The position numbers and the translations under genes are program-made. The notes beneath the pieces are model-generated. The model made no database searches. It was given only the letters and a program-made list of their open reading frames with translations, and was not told where the DNA came from. From Candidatus Latescibacterota bacterium (GTDB lineage Bacteria > Latescibacterota > UBA2968 > SICM01): DNA of 64,000 bases. The stretch lies in NCBI GenBank assembly GCA_965217865.1, contig CBDCJO010000002.1, forward strand, positions 4,064,001-4,128,000. The letters run 5' to 3'. This document shows positions 11,428 to 21,224 of the stretch, in pieces. The stretch's first letter is position 1. Each line of letters starts with the position of its first letter.

Positions 11428-11705
11428 CCGTCTGACGTTTCACGGTTTCCCCTTACCTGTGACCCCTGACCGTCATTGAATATTGAATATCGGAGAATTG
11501 AATATTTGAACAACCAGGTACTTTCTCGTGGCTTATTGATCTCGCTTCAATATTCTTCAATATTCAATCTTCAATTTCCTCCAGCCCCTGCCTTTCCTGC
11601 TACTGCCTTTTCCCGCTCTCACGTTTCCCGATCCCTGACCTTCGACCACTAGCTACCGGTTTTGACTTCCCTGACCTCTGAGCTCTGGCCTCCGACCCCT
11701 GCCTT
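11428..11705. repeat. Mosaic containing module B (inverted ATTGAA heptamer arrays around a ~45-bp core, 11473-11578)
   Basis: Module B recurs at 38712-38828 and, inverted, at 63751-63852. Confidence 0.85.
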
Positions 11706-12740
11706 TACAGTTTCCATGGGGACAAACACCTTAAAGCTTGTCCCCTCCCCTTCCCTTGAGGAAACCAGAATGTTCCCGCCCCACTCCCGGACGATCGTCC
11801 GGGCGATGGACAGACCCAAGCCGGTTCCTTTCTCCTCTCCCTTGGTCGTAAAGAAAGCCTGAAAAACCTGCTCCAGGTGAGCGCCGGGAATGCCCGGACC
11901 ATCATCCCGCACCTCGACGAAAACAAATTCCCCCCCCTGGATCCCTTCCTCCATCTCCACGGCCAGCTCATGATCCCGCCCGGCCTCTGTTTCCAAATCG
12001 ATGGCCCCTCGTACGGAACTCCTCCCGGTGACCAGCCAGATCCTTCCACATCTCTCTACGGCGTCCACCGCGTTGAGGATAAGGTTCATAAGGACCTGCT
12101 CGACATGGCTCGGGTCGACCACCACTTGCGGGATATCAGTCTCGAGATCCAGATGGACCTCCATGCTCCGCACAATCGACCTCACGAACACCTTCAGATC
12201 CGATAGAAGGGCGTTGAGGTCCACCGGACTGGCATGCCAGCGATGATGCCTTGCAAACCGGAGGACATTCTCGGACAATTGATTCAGGTATTCGCTCGAC
12301 TGCCGCAGGAGGTCCAGATTTTGTTTCTGGGGCTTTTCCCCCTGGAGCATCATCAGCTCCAGGTTGGTGAGGATCACTGTGAGGGGGTTCTTGATCTCAT
12401 GAACAATCGAGGCCGCCATCTGTCCCATGCCGGCCAGTCGTTCGGATCGGATCAACATCTGCTGGGTATTCAGTTGGTCGGCTTGAGCCTCCTTGAGTTC
12501 CTCCAGGCGATTCTTCAGAGCCCTGTTTTTCTCCCTCAGCTCCTGGTAAGCGATCTCGCGTTCACGCCCCGAGGCTAGGAGATGTTCCTCAACCTGAAGA
12601 TAGATCGCCTCCAGTTCGTCCAGAAGCATGCCCCTTTCTTGCTTCATAGCCTCGACCTGGGCGATCAGGTCCGCGCTCTCAACAACATCCATATATAATA
12701 CGGTCCGGGGAGAATTTTCCGGATGCCCTTCCAATCCCAA
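11649..12740 (-). CDS. Cytoplasmic sensor histidine kinase (coiled coil-HisKA-HATPase)
   Basis: HEIKNPL, NLILNAVDA, DDGPGI, FFTTK, GTGLGL; C-terminal tail encoded by repeat DNA. Confidence 0.92.
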   Translation of the reverse strand: MGLEGHPENSPRTVLYMDVVESADLIAQVEAMKQERGMLLDELEAIYLQVEEHLLASGREREIAYQELREKNRALKNRLEELKEAQADQLNTQQMLIRSERLAGMGQMAASIVHEIKNPLTVILTNLELMMLQGEKPQKQNLDLLRQSSEYLNQLSENVLRFARHHRWHASPVDLNALLSDLKVFVRSIVRSMEVHLDLETDIPQVVVDPSHVEQVLMNLILNAVDAVERCGRIWLVTGRSSVRGAIDLETEAGRDHELAVEMEEGIQGGEFVFVEVRDDGPGIPGAHLEQVFQAFFTTKGEEKGTGLGLSIARTIVREWGGNILVSSREGEGTSFKVFVPMETVKAGVGGQSSEVREVKTGS

Positions 12741-12901
12741 CTGTCCAAATTATTGATAATTAAGGTGAATTCATCAGGCGGGGATGTGACCCAACTCACA
12801 ACCTTCAAAAACCTTTGTTGAATATACTGAACATGGGTTCATCGATCAACCATAAACTTCATACTTTAAACTTCATCATGGAGGGCGTCAAACGCAAAAC
12901 C

Positions 12902-15900
12902 TTACGCCTCGGCCAGGTACTGCATGGCCTCGACGTCCCTCTTTAATCCCTTCGCAATCTTCAGCTCCTCCTTGGCCTTGATTTTGTCAAACCAGGCGAT
13001 CGATCGGTCCACCTCCTCACTGGCCTGTATCAGATCCCCCATGTCCTTGAGCATCCTGGCATATTCCAGATGCGCCTTACCGGAATACAGGGCGTGGTTC
13101 AGTTTTTCGTTCGTGGAAATGCTTTTTTCAAAGCAAGTCCGTGCGTCTTCCCATTTCCGCTCAGCGGCCGCCGCCTGCCCGAGGGTCTTGTACACATCCG
13201 CAATCTCAATCGGCTTGTTCAGTCTCTTAAAGATCTCCAGGGCCGTCAGACATGCCCTTTTGCATCCCTTCAAATCGGATGCCTCAAGCATCACCTCTGC
13301 GAGGTTGACGTAGCACTTCGCCTCCATGGAGATGTTTCTCGTTTTCCTGCAAATCGTGAGGGCCCTCCGATAGGCGTCCCGGGCACCTTTCCACTCTTTT
13401 TTTCCGGAGAGGGACCAACCTTGATTCAGGTAGACCAGGGCAAGTCCGGGCCGGTCCCCCAGCTCTTTATAGATCTTTCGGCTTTTTTCGTAAAGATCCA
13501 TCGCCCGGACCCCCTGACCGCGAATGCTGGCCATAATTCCCGAATTCAAGTAGATCTTGGCGATCTGGTCTCCGTATCCTTCTTTTTTGGCGATGCGGAG
13601 GCCGCGGGTGTAGTAGGACTGAGCGCTTTTCCAATCGCCTTGTTCAAACGGGATGTGGGCCGCCCTCACGAGTACCTCGCACAGGGCTTTCCCGTCTCCC
13701 ACTTTCTTAAAGTTTTCAGCGCTCCTGCGGAATCCCTCGGTCGCCAGGTCAAATCTTCCCATGCGAAATTGGATAATGCTCATCCACTGTTGGACCTCCC
13801 CCAAAATCCGGGGATGGTCTCCCGCTTCCGCAAGCCTTTCGGCTCGACTCAGCCGTTCCATGGCCGCGGGGATATCCCCCAGACGGTCGTCTAAAGATCC
13901 GATTTTGTAGATCAGGAACGGTTCATCTTCGCCGGAATCATCGACCTCACCGGCCTTGGGCAGGATCTCCAGGGCTTTCCGGTAACAGTCCCGGGCTTCA
14001 CGGAAAGCGAACAGCCCTTCCGCCCGGTCACCCGCGCGGATCAGATAGGGAAGGGCCTTGTCAGCAGCCCCGCCGTAGAAGAAGTGCCGGGCGAGATCCA
14101 CAACCGGTTCCTTACCCTCGGGGAGGGCCTTTTCCTTCAAGTAATTTCCGTAGGCCGCGTGATACTCCCGTCGCAGTTCAGGATTGATCTCGTCGTAGAG
14201 GATCTCGCGGATCTTCGCGTGGGTGAAAACATAGGCCTCCCCCTCGGAGCGAATAAGCTGGTGCTGCCGTTCGAGCCGGTTGAGGGCCTGAAGCACCCTG
14301 ACTCTTTTTTGCTCCGCCACGCTGGAGAGTATACCTGAGGCGAATCGCTCACCCCCAACCGACGCAATCTGAAGAAGCTCTCGGTGGTCCTCCTTGAGAC
14401 GGTCGATCCGCCTTACGATCACGTCATACACCCGATCCGGAATATCCGCCCGCGTAATCGTCCGTTTCTCGCGCCAGGCCCCTCTCCGGTCGAAGATGAC
14501 CCCTTCATCCCTGAGCAATTTGAGGACCTCGATTACAAAAAAGGGGTTTCCTCCCGTCTCGTGGAAAAGGGATTCGCGAAAGTCAGGCGAGAACATCGAA
14601 CGCCGAAAAATAAATCGGACCATCAGGTTGACAGCCTCCATACCCAGGCCTTGCAGATCTACCTTTTGGAGGACACCCTCCCGGCTCATCTGGTGCGTGG
14701 CATTCACCAGGGGGTGAGGCGTCCCCTCCTGTTCCGGTAAAAGATCCTCCGTCCGGAAGGTCCCCACGATCAGCAGGGGCTGCTCCTGGACATTCCGCGA
14801 TAAATAATAGAAGAGATCGATACTCCCGCTATCCCCCCATTGGAGGTCCTCGAGAAGGATGATAACGGGCTTCTCCCTGGCCAGAAACAAAAGCAGCTTC
14901 AATATCGCCTCAAAGAGCTCTTCCTTGGACGCCGCCATCTTTTCCGCCGGGTTTACGACGTCCGATATCCGTCTTGTGCGGATCACAGTCATCAGACGTG
15001 AAGTCAACCGCTCGAGCTCAGGGGTTTCATCCCGGATGAACGCCGTCAGACCATCGCCGTCCAGATCTACCCGGCCCTCCAGACAATGTCCCAGGGCCTC
15101 GATGAACGGCAGGTATGGCTCCCGGCCCTCGCTGTAAATACAGGAACCTTGAAGCACAGTACAGCCCCCCCGACCGGCGAATTTTATCGCCTCGGTGGCC
15201 AACCGCGATTTCCCGATCCCCGCCTCGCCAGAAATCAGGATCGCGCCCCCTCGGCCGTCAAGCGTGTTCTTCACCCGGACTTTTAGGAGATCCAATTCCT
15301 TCTCTCTTCCCACAAGTCGGCATTCGAATCGCAGAGGTTTCTTCCTTAAAGGTGGCTCAGTGGGGTGATCCCCTTCCGAAACCCGCTCTTCTTCTACCTG
15401 CCTTCCTTCAAGAAGGGCTTGAATCTCCTCTCGCATCACCCTTGCGGAGGGGTACCGACGCTTGGGTTCTTTGGCCATCGCTTTTAGAATCATCTTCTCT
15501 ACAGCCAGCGGGAGGTCCCGCCGCAGCCGGCTGGGCGGCGTCGGATCTTCCTCCATCTGTTTGTAGATTACTGTAACAGCGTTCAGGCCCTCAAACGGAA
15601 GCTGTCCTGTCAACAGTTCGAAGATCAAGATACCCAGGGCGTAGAGGTCCGTCCGGCCGTCGAGACGTTCTCCCATAATCTGTTCGGGAGCCATATATTC
15701 CGGTGTCCCGATGGCCTCTCCGGTCAGGGTAAGCGTTTGGGTCCCTGTAGATCGGACGATGCCGAAGTCGAGGACCTTGACGTGCCCCCCGGGGGTAATC
15801 CATATATTGTCCGGTTTTATGTCGCGGTGGAGCAGCCCGCTTGCGCTGGCGGCCTCCAGAACCCCCAGGATCTGGATCACGATCTTCATCCCCTCTCTCC

Positions 15901-16216
15901 ATCCGGGCGGCTTTCCGCCCCGGATCATCTGACGAAGAGAGCTCCCCTTCAGCAGTTCCATCACGAAATAGCAGGATCCCCCGTGCTCCCCCACGTCGTG
16001 AATAACCACGACATTCGGATGGTTCAGCCCCGCAGCTGCCCTGGCCTCACGAAAAAAGCGTTCGATCTCTTCGGGAGCCCGGTCTGTTTCTGAAGAGAGG
16101 AACTTGATGGCCACATCCCGGTCCAACGCCTTATCGTGTGCGCGATAGACGGTACCCATGGCCCCCCTGCCGATGAGCTCCTTTATCTCATAGTGTTTAA
16201 TCGTCTGTCCGATCAT
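12902..16216 (-). CDS. Hanks Ser/Thr kinase-AAA ATPase-TPR protein
   Basis: GRGAMGTVY, HRDIKPDN, DFG, GTPEYMAPE; Walker A GEAGIGKS; GGNPFF; C-terminal TPRs. Confidence 0.95.
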   Translation of the reverse strand: MIGQTIKHYEIKELIGRGAMGTVYRAHDKALDRDVAIKFLSSETDRAPEEIERFFREARAAAGLNHPNVVVIHDVGEHGGSCYFVMELLKGSSLRQMIRGGKPPGWREGMKIVIQILGVLEAASASGLLHRDIKPDNIWITPGGHVKVLDFGIVRSTGTQTLTLTGEAIGTPEYMAPEQIMGERLDGRTDLYALGILIFELLTGQLPFEGLNAVTVIYKQMEEDPTPPSRLRRDLPLAVEKMILKAMAKEPKRRYPSARVMREEIQALLEGRQVEEERVSEGDHPTEPPLRKKPLRFECRLVGREKELDLLKVRVKNTLDGRGGAILISGEAGIGKSRLATEAIKFAGRGGCTVLQGSCIYSEGREPYLPFIEALGHCLEGRVDLDGDGLTAFIRDETPELERLTSRLMTVIRTRRISDVVNPAEKMAASKEELFEAILKLLLFLAREKPVIILLEDLQWGDSGSIDLFYYLSRNVQEQPLLIVGTFRTEDLLPEQEGTPHPLVNATHQMSREGVLQKVDLQGLGMEAVNLMVRFIFRRSMFSPDFRESLFHETGGNPFFVIEVLKLLRDEGVIFDRRGAWREKRTITRADIPDRVYDVIVRRIDRLKEDHRELLQIASVGGERFASGILSSVAEQKRVRVLQALNRLERQHQLIRSEGEAYVFTHAKIREILYDEINPELRREYHAAYGNYLKEKALPEGKEPVVDLARHFFYGGAADKALPYLIRAGDRAEGLFAFREARDCYRKALEILPKAGEVDDSGEDEPFLIYKIGSLDDRLGDIPAAMERLSRAERLAEAGDHPRILGEVQQWMSIIQFRMGRFDLATEGFRRSAENFKKVGDGKALCEVLVRAAHIPFEQGDWKSAQSYYTRGLRIAKKEGYGDQIAKIYLNSGIMASIRGQGVRAMDLYEKSRKIYKELGDRPGLALVYLNQGWSLSGKKEWKGARDAYRRALTICRKTRNISMEAKCYVNLAEVMLEASDLKGCKRACLTALEIFKRLNKPIEIADVYKTLGQAAAAERKWEDARTCFEKSISTNEKLNHALYSGKAHLEYARMLKDMGDLIQASEEVDRSIAWFDKIKAKEELKIAKGLKRDVEAMQYLAEA

Positions 16217-16244
16217 ATCGCTGCCCGTACCGTCTTCTCATGTC

Positions 16245-16530
16245 CCGCTACCGCCAATGCCGCTGCTACTGGCTTTGCCGTCTCACGTCCTGACGTCTGA
16301 CGTTTCACAGTTTTTCTCTCCCCGACCCCTGACCTCTGGCCTCCGGCCCCTGCCTCCTGCCACTGCTACTGCTTTTCCTCGTCTCACGTCTCACGCCTGA
16401 GTTGAATTAGGCCTTCTTCCGTATTCTGTCTTCTGTATTCTGTATTCCGGTGGGGATCGGCGGAAGGGCTTTCACGTTTCGCGGATTTTCTTTTCCCTGA
16501 CCCCTGACCTCTGGCCTCCGGCCCCTGCCT
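16245..16530. repeat. Intergenic mosaic with module A (16401-16468)
   Basis: Duplicated GACCCCTGACCTCTGGCCTCCGGCCCCTGCCT; CTCACGT and CTACTG arrays. Confidence 0.88.
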
Positions 16531-17475
16531 TTAATACCCCTTTCGTTTATCTATAACACAGAGCAACTCTTCTCCGCGTAATAGCCGTCTCAGATTTTCA
16601 CAGAACAACTCGATGGTCCGCTCCTGGCGATTTGGCGATCCGCCGGCGACGTGCGGGGTGATCAACACGTTCTCCATAGCCCAGAGCCGATGGCCGTGGG
16701 GCAGCGGTTCCTGGGGGGTCACATCCAGTCCTGCCCCGCCGATCTCCCCCTGTTCCAGAGCATCCACCAGGGCTTCCTCATCCACAATTTTTCCCCGGGT
16801 CACATTGATAAGCAGCGCGTGATTCCGCATCTTTCGAAAAGCGTCCCGATCGAACAACCCCTCGGTCTCAGGAGTCAACGGCGCACAGATCGAGATAACG
16901 TCCGAATCAGCCAGGAGATCGTGGAAACCGTCCATCCTTCGGCAGGATTCGACAGAGTCAGGTACCTCAACCGGTTCCGGATCCACCGCGATAATCCTCA
17001 TCCCGAAACCCCTCGCACGCGTGGCAAGCTCCCGACCCGTGCCGCCCAACCCCACGATCCCCATCGTCCTGTCGATCAGTTCCCAGGCCGCATTCCTGAT
17101 CCCCTTTTGCTCGTTCCAGTCCGGCGACCGGACCGCCCGCGCGATCCCGCGCGTCAAGCCCAGCAGCAGCGCCATCGCATGTTCGGCGAGGTGTACCCCC
17201 ACGAGGCCCTTGGCGCTCGTCAGGATGATCCCGCTCTCCACGAACTCGGGATAGAGCAGACCGTCAACCCCCGCACCCCAGGACTGCGTCCAGCGCAGCC
17301 TCTCCGCTCTCCGAAACATCTCCCGGCTCACACTTCCAAAAACCACCTCTGCTTCCGGCATCGCGGATAGGGCTTCCTCCTCCGAGCCCGCCTGGACCAC
17401 CTCCACCTCTTCCGAAACCGCCCGGATCATCGCGACGTGGCGGTCTTCCAACTTCATATTGACGAGAATTTTCAT
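16531..17475 (-). CDS. D-2-hydroxyacid dehydrogenase
   Basis: GIVGLGGTG, LINVTRG, GLDV..EPL, ITPHVAG. Confidence 0.93.
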   Translation of the reverse strand: MKILVNMKLEDRHVAMIRAVSEEVEVVQAGSEEEALSAMPEAEVVFGSVSREMFRRAERLRWTQSWGAGVDGLLYPEFVESGIILTSAKGLVGVHLAEHAMALLLGLTRGIARAVRSPDWNEQKGIRNAAWELIDRTMGIVGLGGTGRELATRARGFGMRIIAVDPEPVEVPDSVESCRRMDGFHDLLADSDVISICAPLTPETEGLFDRDAFRKMRNHALLINVTRGKIVDEEALVDALEQGEIGGAGLDVTPQEPLPHGHRLWAMENVLITPHVAGGSPNRQERTIELFCENLRRLLRGEELLCVIDKRKGY

Positions 17476-17532
17476 GTCTGACCCTTAATCGAATTCCGAC
17501 TATCCGTCACCAACATTCTCAAAGATGCCCTC

Positions 17533-17661
17533 GTAAGGGCACGGCATGCCGTGCCCTTACACCAATTTTGTCGAACCACCCATTTCCGTAGGGGCGAGGC
17601 GGTGCCTCGCCCGGTGATTCGTCCAGATCCTATCGACGGGCGACCCTCGGGTCGCCCCTAC
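17533..17661. repeat. REP-like three-hairpin cluster (module D), copy 1
   Basis: GTAAGGGCACGGCATGCCGTGCCCTTAC, GTAGGGGCGAGGC..GCCTCGCCC, GGGCGACC..GGTCGCCCCTAC. Confidence 0.85.
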
Positions 17662-17676
17662 GCCAATCATAATGTG

Positions 17677-17966
17677 TTTGCATTTTACATTTTGTATTTT
17701 TCATTTTACATTTCCCCTTCCCTTTAGGGAAGGGGCTAGGGGTTAGGTCTGACCCCCGATCGATTTTTTTTATTCGTCAAAACTATCCTGAATTGAAGAG
17801 ACCTTTCGATCTTCATTCGTCAACCTTCGATCTTCTATTTCTCCGACCCCTGCCTTTGCCTTTCCTGTCACTGCCTCTGCTACTGCTTTTGCTCTTCCTG
17901 CCACTGCCACTGCTACTGCTACTTGCCTTTCCCTGACCTCCGACCTCTGGCCCCTGACCTCTGCTT
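17677..17966. repeat. Heptamer mosaic (CATTTT, TTCGATC, CTACTG, TGACCTC) with CCCCTTCCC..GGGAAGGGG hairpin
   Basis: Read directly from the sequence. Confidence 0.8.
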
Positions 17967-19193
17967 CTAATAAACCACCCTCTCAAAATACGTCCCGGTA
18001 TATCCGAAAATCCTTTTGAACCGTTCGATATCCTCAGGACTCCCGATCGCTTTTGCGAGGTTGTCGCTCAACTTCACCGTCTTCTGCCCGTTCGATTCCA
18101 CCAGCTTTATGACGAGGGAAAGCGGTGCGAAGCCCAGATCGTTCGTGAGGTTCGTCCCCCAGCCGAAACCCATCTTGATGCGATCTTCGAAATAAGCCGC
18201 AATCCTCATTATCTTATCCGCATCCAGCCCGTCGCTGAAAACCACGAGCTTTTCCCTTGGATCGATCCCGTGCCGCCGGTAGAATGAAATCGCCTCCTCC
18301 CCGAATTTGATCGGGTCCCCTGAATCCTGCCGAAGGCCTTTCCACAACACCGCCTGATCCGCGGTCACGTCCTGGAAAAAGAATTTCGAACCGTAGGTGT
18401 CGGTTAAGGCCACGGACAATCCCCAGCCGTAGTAATCCCACCAGTCTTCTAAAATGCGATTGTGGGAGGCGCGGATCTCCTCTTCGCTGCGGCCAGTCAC
18501 CCCGGAAAGGGCCATAAACATCTCGTGGGCCATCGTCCCGATCGGCGCGAACCCTTCCCCGAGCGCAATCTCGACATTCGAGGTGCCTTGAAATTGTTCC
18601 GACAGCCCGTCCGCAAGGCGTCGGACGACCTCCCAATGCCACATGGTGCTAAAACGCCTCCTGGTTCCGAAATCGGATATCGGAATCTCGGAGTCTTTTA
18701 GAACCCGAATCTTTTCCTCAAGCCGGGCCCTCCCTTCGGCGTACATCACTTCCCTTTCCGAGGGCGCCAATTTCTCAACGAGCCCCCGGTAATATAATTC
18801 ATTTATGATCGACAGCGCCATCGCTTCCCAGTAGATCGCTTCACACCACCGACCCGTAAATTCCAATCGATAGGTGTGGCCGATCCGTTCGAGGTCATAT
18901 TCCGGAAGCCGGAGATTTTCCAGGAAAGCGATATAGTCCGGATGAAAGATCGTGGAATCAGAGATTCGGACGCCCTTGAGAGCCCGCAATTCTTCCGCCG
19001 AGAACCTGAGTCCCCTTACACGATCTAACTCCTCTCGAAGCTCGTCCTCATCGATGGCCTCGTCAAGCCGTACATTTTCAGTCCTGTTCTTGAACGCGTA
19101 TTTGACCGTGACCCGGGGATATCGGAAATAAACGATCTGACCCATCGTGAATTTATAAAAATCGTTATCCAGTAATGATTCAATGATAGCCAC
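17967..19193 (-). CDS. pncB: Nicotinate phosphoribosyltransferase
   Basis: SLLDNDFYKFTM, DFGTRRR, GTMAHE, LTDTYG, RQDSGDP, FSDGLD, FGWGTNLTND, KLSDN. Confidence 0.96.
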   Translation of the reverse strand: MAIIESLLDNDFYKFTMGQIVYFRYPRVTVKYAFKNRTENVRLDEAIDEDELREELDRVRGLRFSAEELRALKGVRISDSTIFHPDYIAFLENLRLPEYDLERIGHTYRLEFTGRWCEAIYWEAMALSIINELYYRGLVEKLAPSEREVMYAEGRARLEEKIRVLKDSEIPISDFGTRRRFSTMWHWEVVRRLADGLSEQFQGTSNVEIALGEGFAPIGTMAHEMFMALSGVTGRSEEEIRASHNRILEDWWDYYGWGLSVALTDTYGSKFFFQDVTADQAVLWKGLRQDSGDPIKFGEEAISFYRRHGIDPREKLVVFSDGLDADKIMRIAAYFEDRIKMGFGWGTNLTNDLGFAPLSLVIKLVESNGQKTVKLSDNLAKAIGSPEDIERFKRIFGYTGTYFERVVY

Positions 19194-19304
19194 GTCAACG
19201 ACCCTCAGCGCACGTGTCTTGAAGGAATAATGACCCTAAGCCCCTCTCCTACTGCATCTGCAATTTCCTCCAACGCTCTATGATATTTTGGAACGCCGTC
19301 GTGC

Positions 19305-19745
19305 TCCCTCACCCCACCTCGGCAGCTCGGCACCCCTCTCCCGAGTGCCGGGAGAGGGGAAGTTCGAAATGATCTAATTGTTTAATGATTGTCATCGTCC
19401 CCTTCTCCTGCGGAGCCTGTCCTGAGCTCGTCGAAGGACGGGAGAAGGGGATACAGGGGATGAGGGCGTTGAACCGACCCATCTGTGTTTTCACTCTGAA
19501 ATAGATGGAAGGTGAATCACGGTTATTCTCCCTCACCACCCTCATATAGGCCTTTCCCGCTTCCCGCTTCGGGAAGGGGGCGCAGGGGCTTAGGTCTGAC
19601 ACTTTGCCGAATTTCATATGTTCGTCACTGGTTCTCCGTCCTTTGCATTTTCCATTTTTCACTTTACATTTCCCTCCCCCCGACCCCTGACTACCGGTTT
19701 TGACTTCCCCCCGACCCCTGGCCTCCGACCTCCGACACCCGATCT
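19305..19745. repeat. CCCCTCTCCC..GGGAGAGGG palindrome family (three copies) plus heptamer arrays
   Basis: Hairpins near 19335-19360, 19398-19450 and 19550-19580; CATTTTC and GACCCCT arrays. Confidence 0.8.
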
Positions 19746-20833
19746 CCAATTCCCGGCCAGAATTCGATCGGATCAGTGGACTTTACGATGTGCATCCCCG
19801 CTTTCTCGAACTTACGATGCGCTTCCTCGGTTTGCGGCGTAAAATCCAACCCGATCTCTCCCTTTTCATCCCGGACAACCACGGATGACATACAGTCTTT
19901 CAGGATGTAGATCTTTTTTGCGAGCCCCGGATCTCTCTTCGATATCTGTTGAAGCAGGTCTTCGATCGAGCTCTTCACGCAGTGACTCGCCGCTTGCCCT
20001 GCGACGACCACTGCGTCCGCGGCCAAAAGCTCCTCCCAGAACCTGGTGTTTTCCTCTGCCAGGGGATGGCCGTCCCATCCCATCAGTACCTCTGGACGGA
20101 GGATTGAATAATTCTCCGTCAGCGGATGCCCCCCCTTTACCTCGGTCCTGGATTGAGCGCAGCGGAGGAACGCGTGAAAGATCCGGGCTTCGTGGATCAC
20201 CCCCGCCAGGCCATACCCACCGCTTCCCAAAAGGCAATGAGGCGGCCAGAGATAGAGGGTATATTTGTTTTCCCTCGCAAGTTCATCGCAATAGAATTTT
20301 GTCTGTTCGCAAAGCCAGGCATAGTCGCCTTTGCATAACCACCCGGCCATCGCGGGATTCGGCCTGACCTTTTTATGAAGGATGTTTCCGGACGGATCGA
20401 TATTCGCCAGGTCTCCATCCTCGATTCGAATCATCGTATGGGGTGCGAGTGCGCAATCGTTTTCATCGACGAAGAACCAGGGGAAAAAGATCTGATAGGC
20501 GAAGTGGGTGTCCAGAGTCGCGGTAATATCCGATATCGTCCCTGCGTTTCGATAGATAAACTCGGAGATTCGTTTGCTGTCATCCATCGCCCCCGAACCG
20601 CTCCGGCCCCCCACATAAAGCGCCCCTTGAGGGAAACAGAAATCCTTCTGAACATCGATCAGAAGAAGATGCAGCCTGAATGAATCAGACCCGGACGCCG
20701 CGACCTCATACCTCCGACGCCATTCCTCCGCACTACGGAACAGATCGAGATGATCAGGTCCATATTCCCATCGTTCGGCATTCTCGGGATCATAATACGG
20801 AGGGAGAGGGAGTTCCCTTTCCGGCATGCCCAT
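19691..20833 (-). CDS. pncA: Nicotinamidase / isochorismatase-family cysteine hydrolase
   Basis: LIDVQKDFC, TLDTH, WPPHC, GQAASHCV; lies upstream of pncB on the same strand. Confidence 0.8.
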   Translation of the reverse strand: MGMPERELPLPPYYDPENAERWEYGPDHLDLFRSAEEWRRRYEVAASGSDSFRLHLLLIDVQKDFCFPQGALYVGGRSGSGAMDDSKRISEFIYRNAGTISDITATLDTHFAYQIFFPWFFVDENDCALAPHTMIRIEDGDLANIDPSGNILHKKVRPNPAMAGWLCKGDYAWLCEQTKFYCDELARENKYTLYLWPPHCLLGSGGYGLAGVIHEARIFHAFLRCAQSRTEVKGGHPLTENYSILRPEVLMGWDGHPLAEENTRFWEELLAADAVVVAGQAASHCVKSSIEDLLQQISKRDPGLAKKIYILKDCMSSVVVRDEKGEIGLDFTPQTEEAHRKFEKAGMHIVKSTDPIEFWPGIGDRVSEVGGQGSGGSQNR

Positions 20834-20888
20834 CGAAATCTCCTTTGCTGAATCGGGGACGACACGTTCTATCGCAATTATTCAGATC

Positions 20889-20917
20889 TTGACAAAATCG
20901 TAACCTTATAATATATT
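20889..20917 (+). promoter_or_regulatory. Sigma70 promoter for the RHH-nadA operon
   Basis: TTGACA-17-TATATT in an AT-rich divergent spacer; GGAGG RBS near 20997. Confidence 0.7.
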
Positions 20918-21011
20918 GTATGTGTTCTGTTAAATTTTTATAGGTCCTCTATGCTTAATTTATTTAATATTTATATAACCATCTCATTCCGGGATAGGAG
21001 GAAATATTTGG

Positions 21012-21224
21012 ATGCCTGCTGAAAAAACCCGAGTCGAAAAATCCAAAGTAAGGACCTACTCAGCGACGGACACAGATTACGAAATGCTTAAGATTATCGC
21101 AAGATACCACGGAAACAGCAAGAGCGCGATGATAATGGGCCTTGTAAAAAAAGAGTTCTGGCGAGTCTTTCCAAGTGGAACGGACGCGATTCGACCTGAG
21201 GAGGGTGCGAGGATAACATCATGA
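21012..21224 (+). CDS. Small ribbon-helix-helix-like DNA-binding protein
   Basis: Strong RBS; beta VRTYSAT, helix DTDYEMLKIIARYHG, helix SKSAMIMGLVKKE; ATGA overlap with nadA. Confidence 0.75.
   Translation: MPAEKTRVEKSKVRTYSATDTDYEMLKIIARYHGNSKSAMIMGLVKKEFWRVFPSGTDAIRPEEGARITS

Noticed and set aside
20834-21011. NAD+ (nadA motif) riboswitch
   Set aside because: The leader is short and AT-rich with no evident tandem stem-loops. An Infernal search would be needed to exclude it fully.
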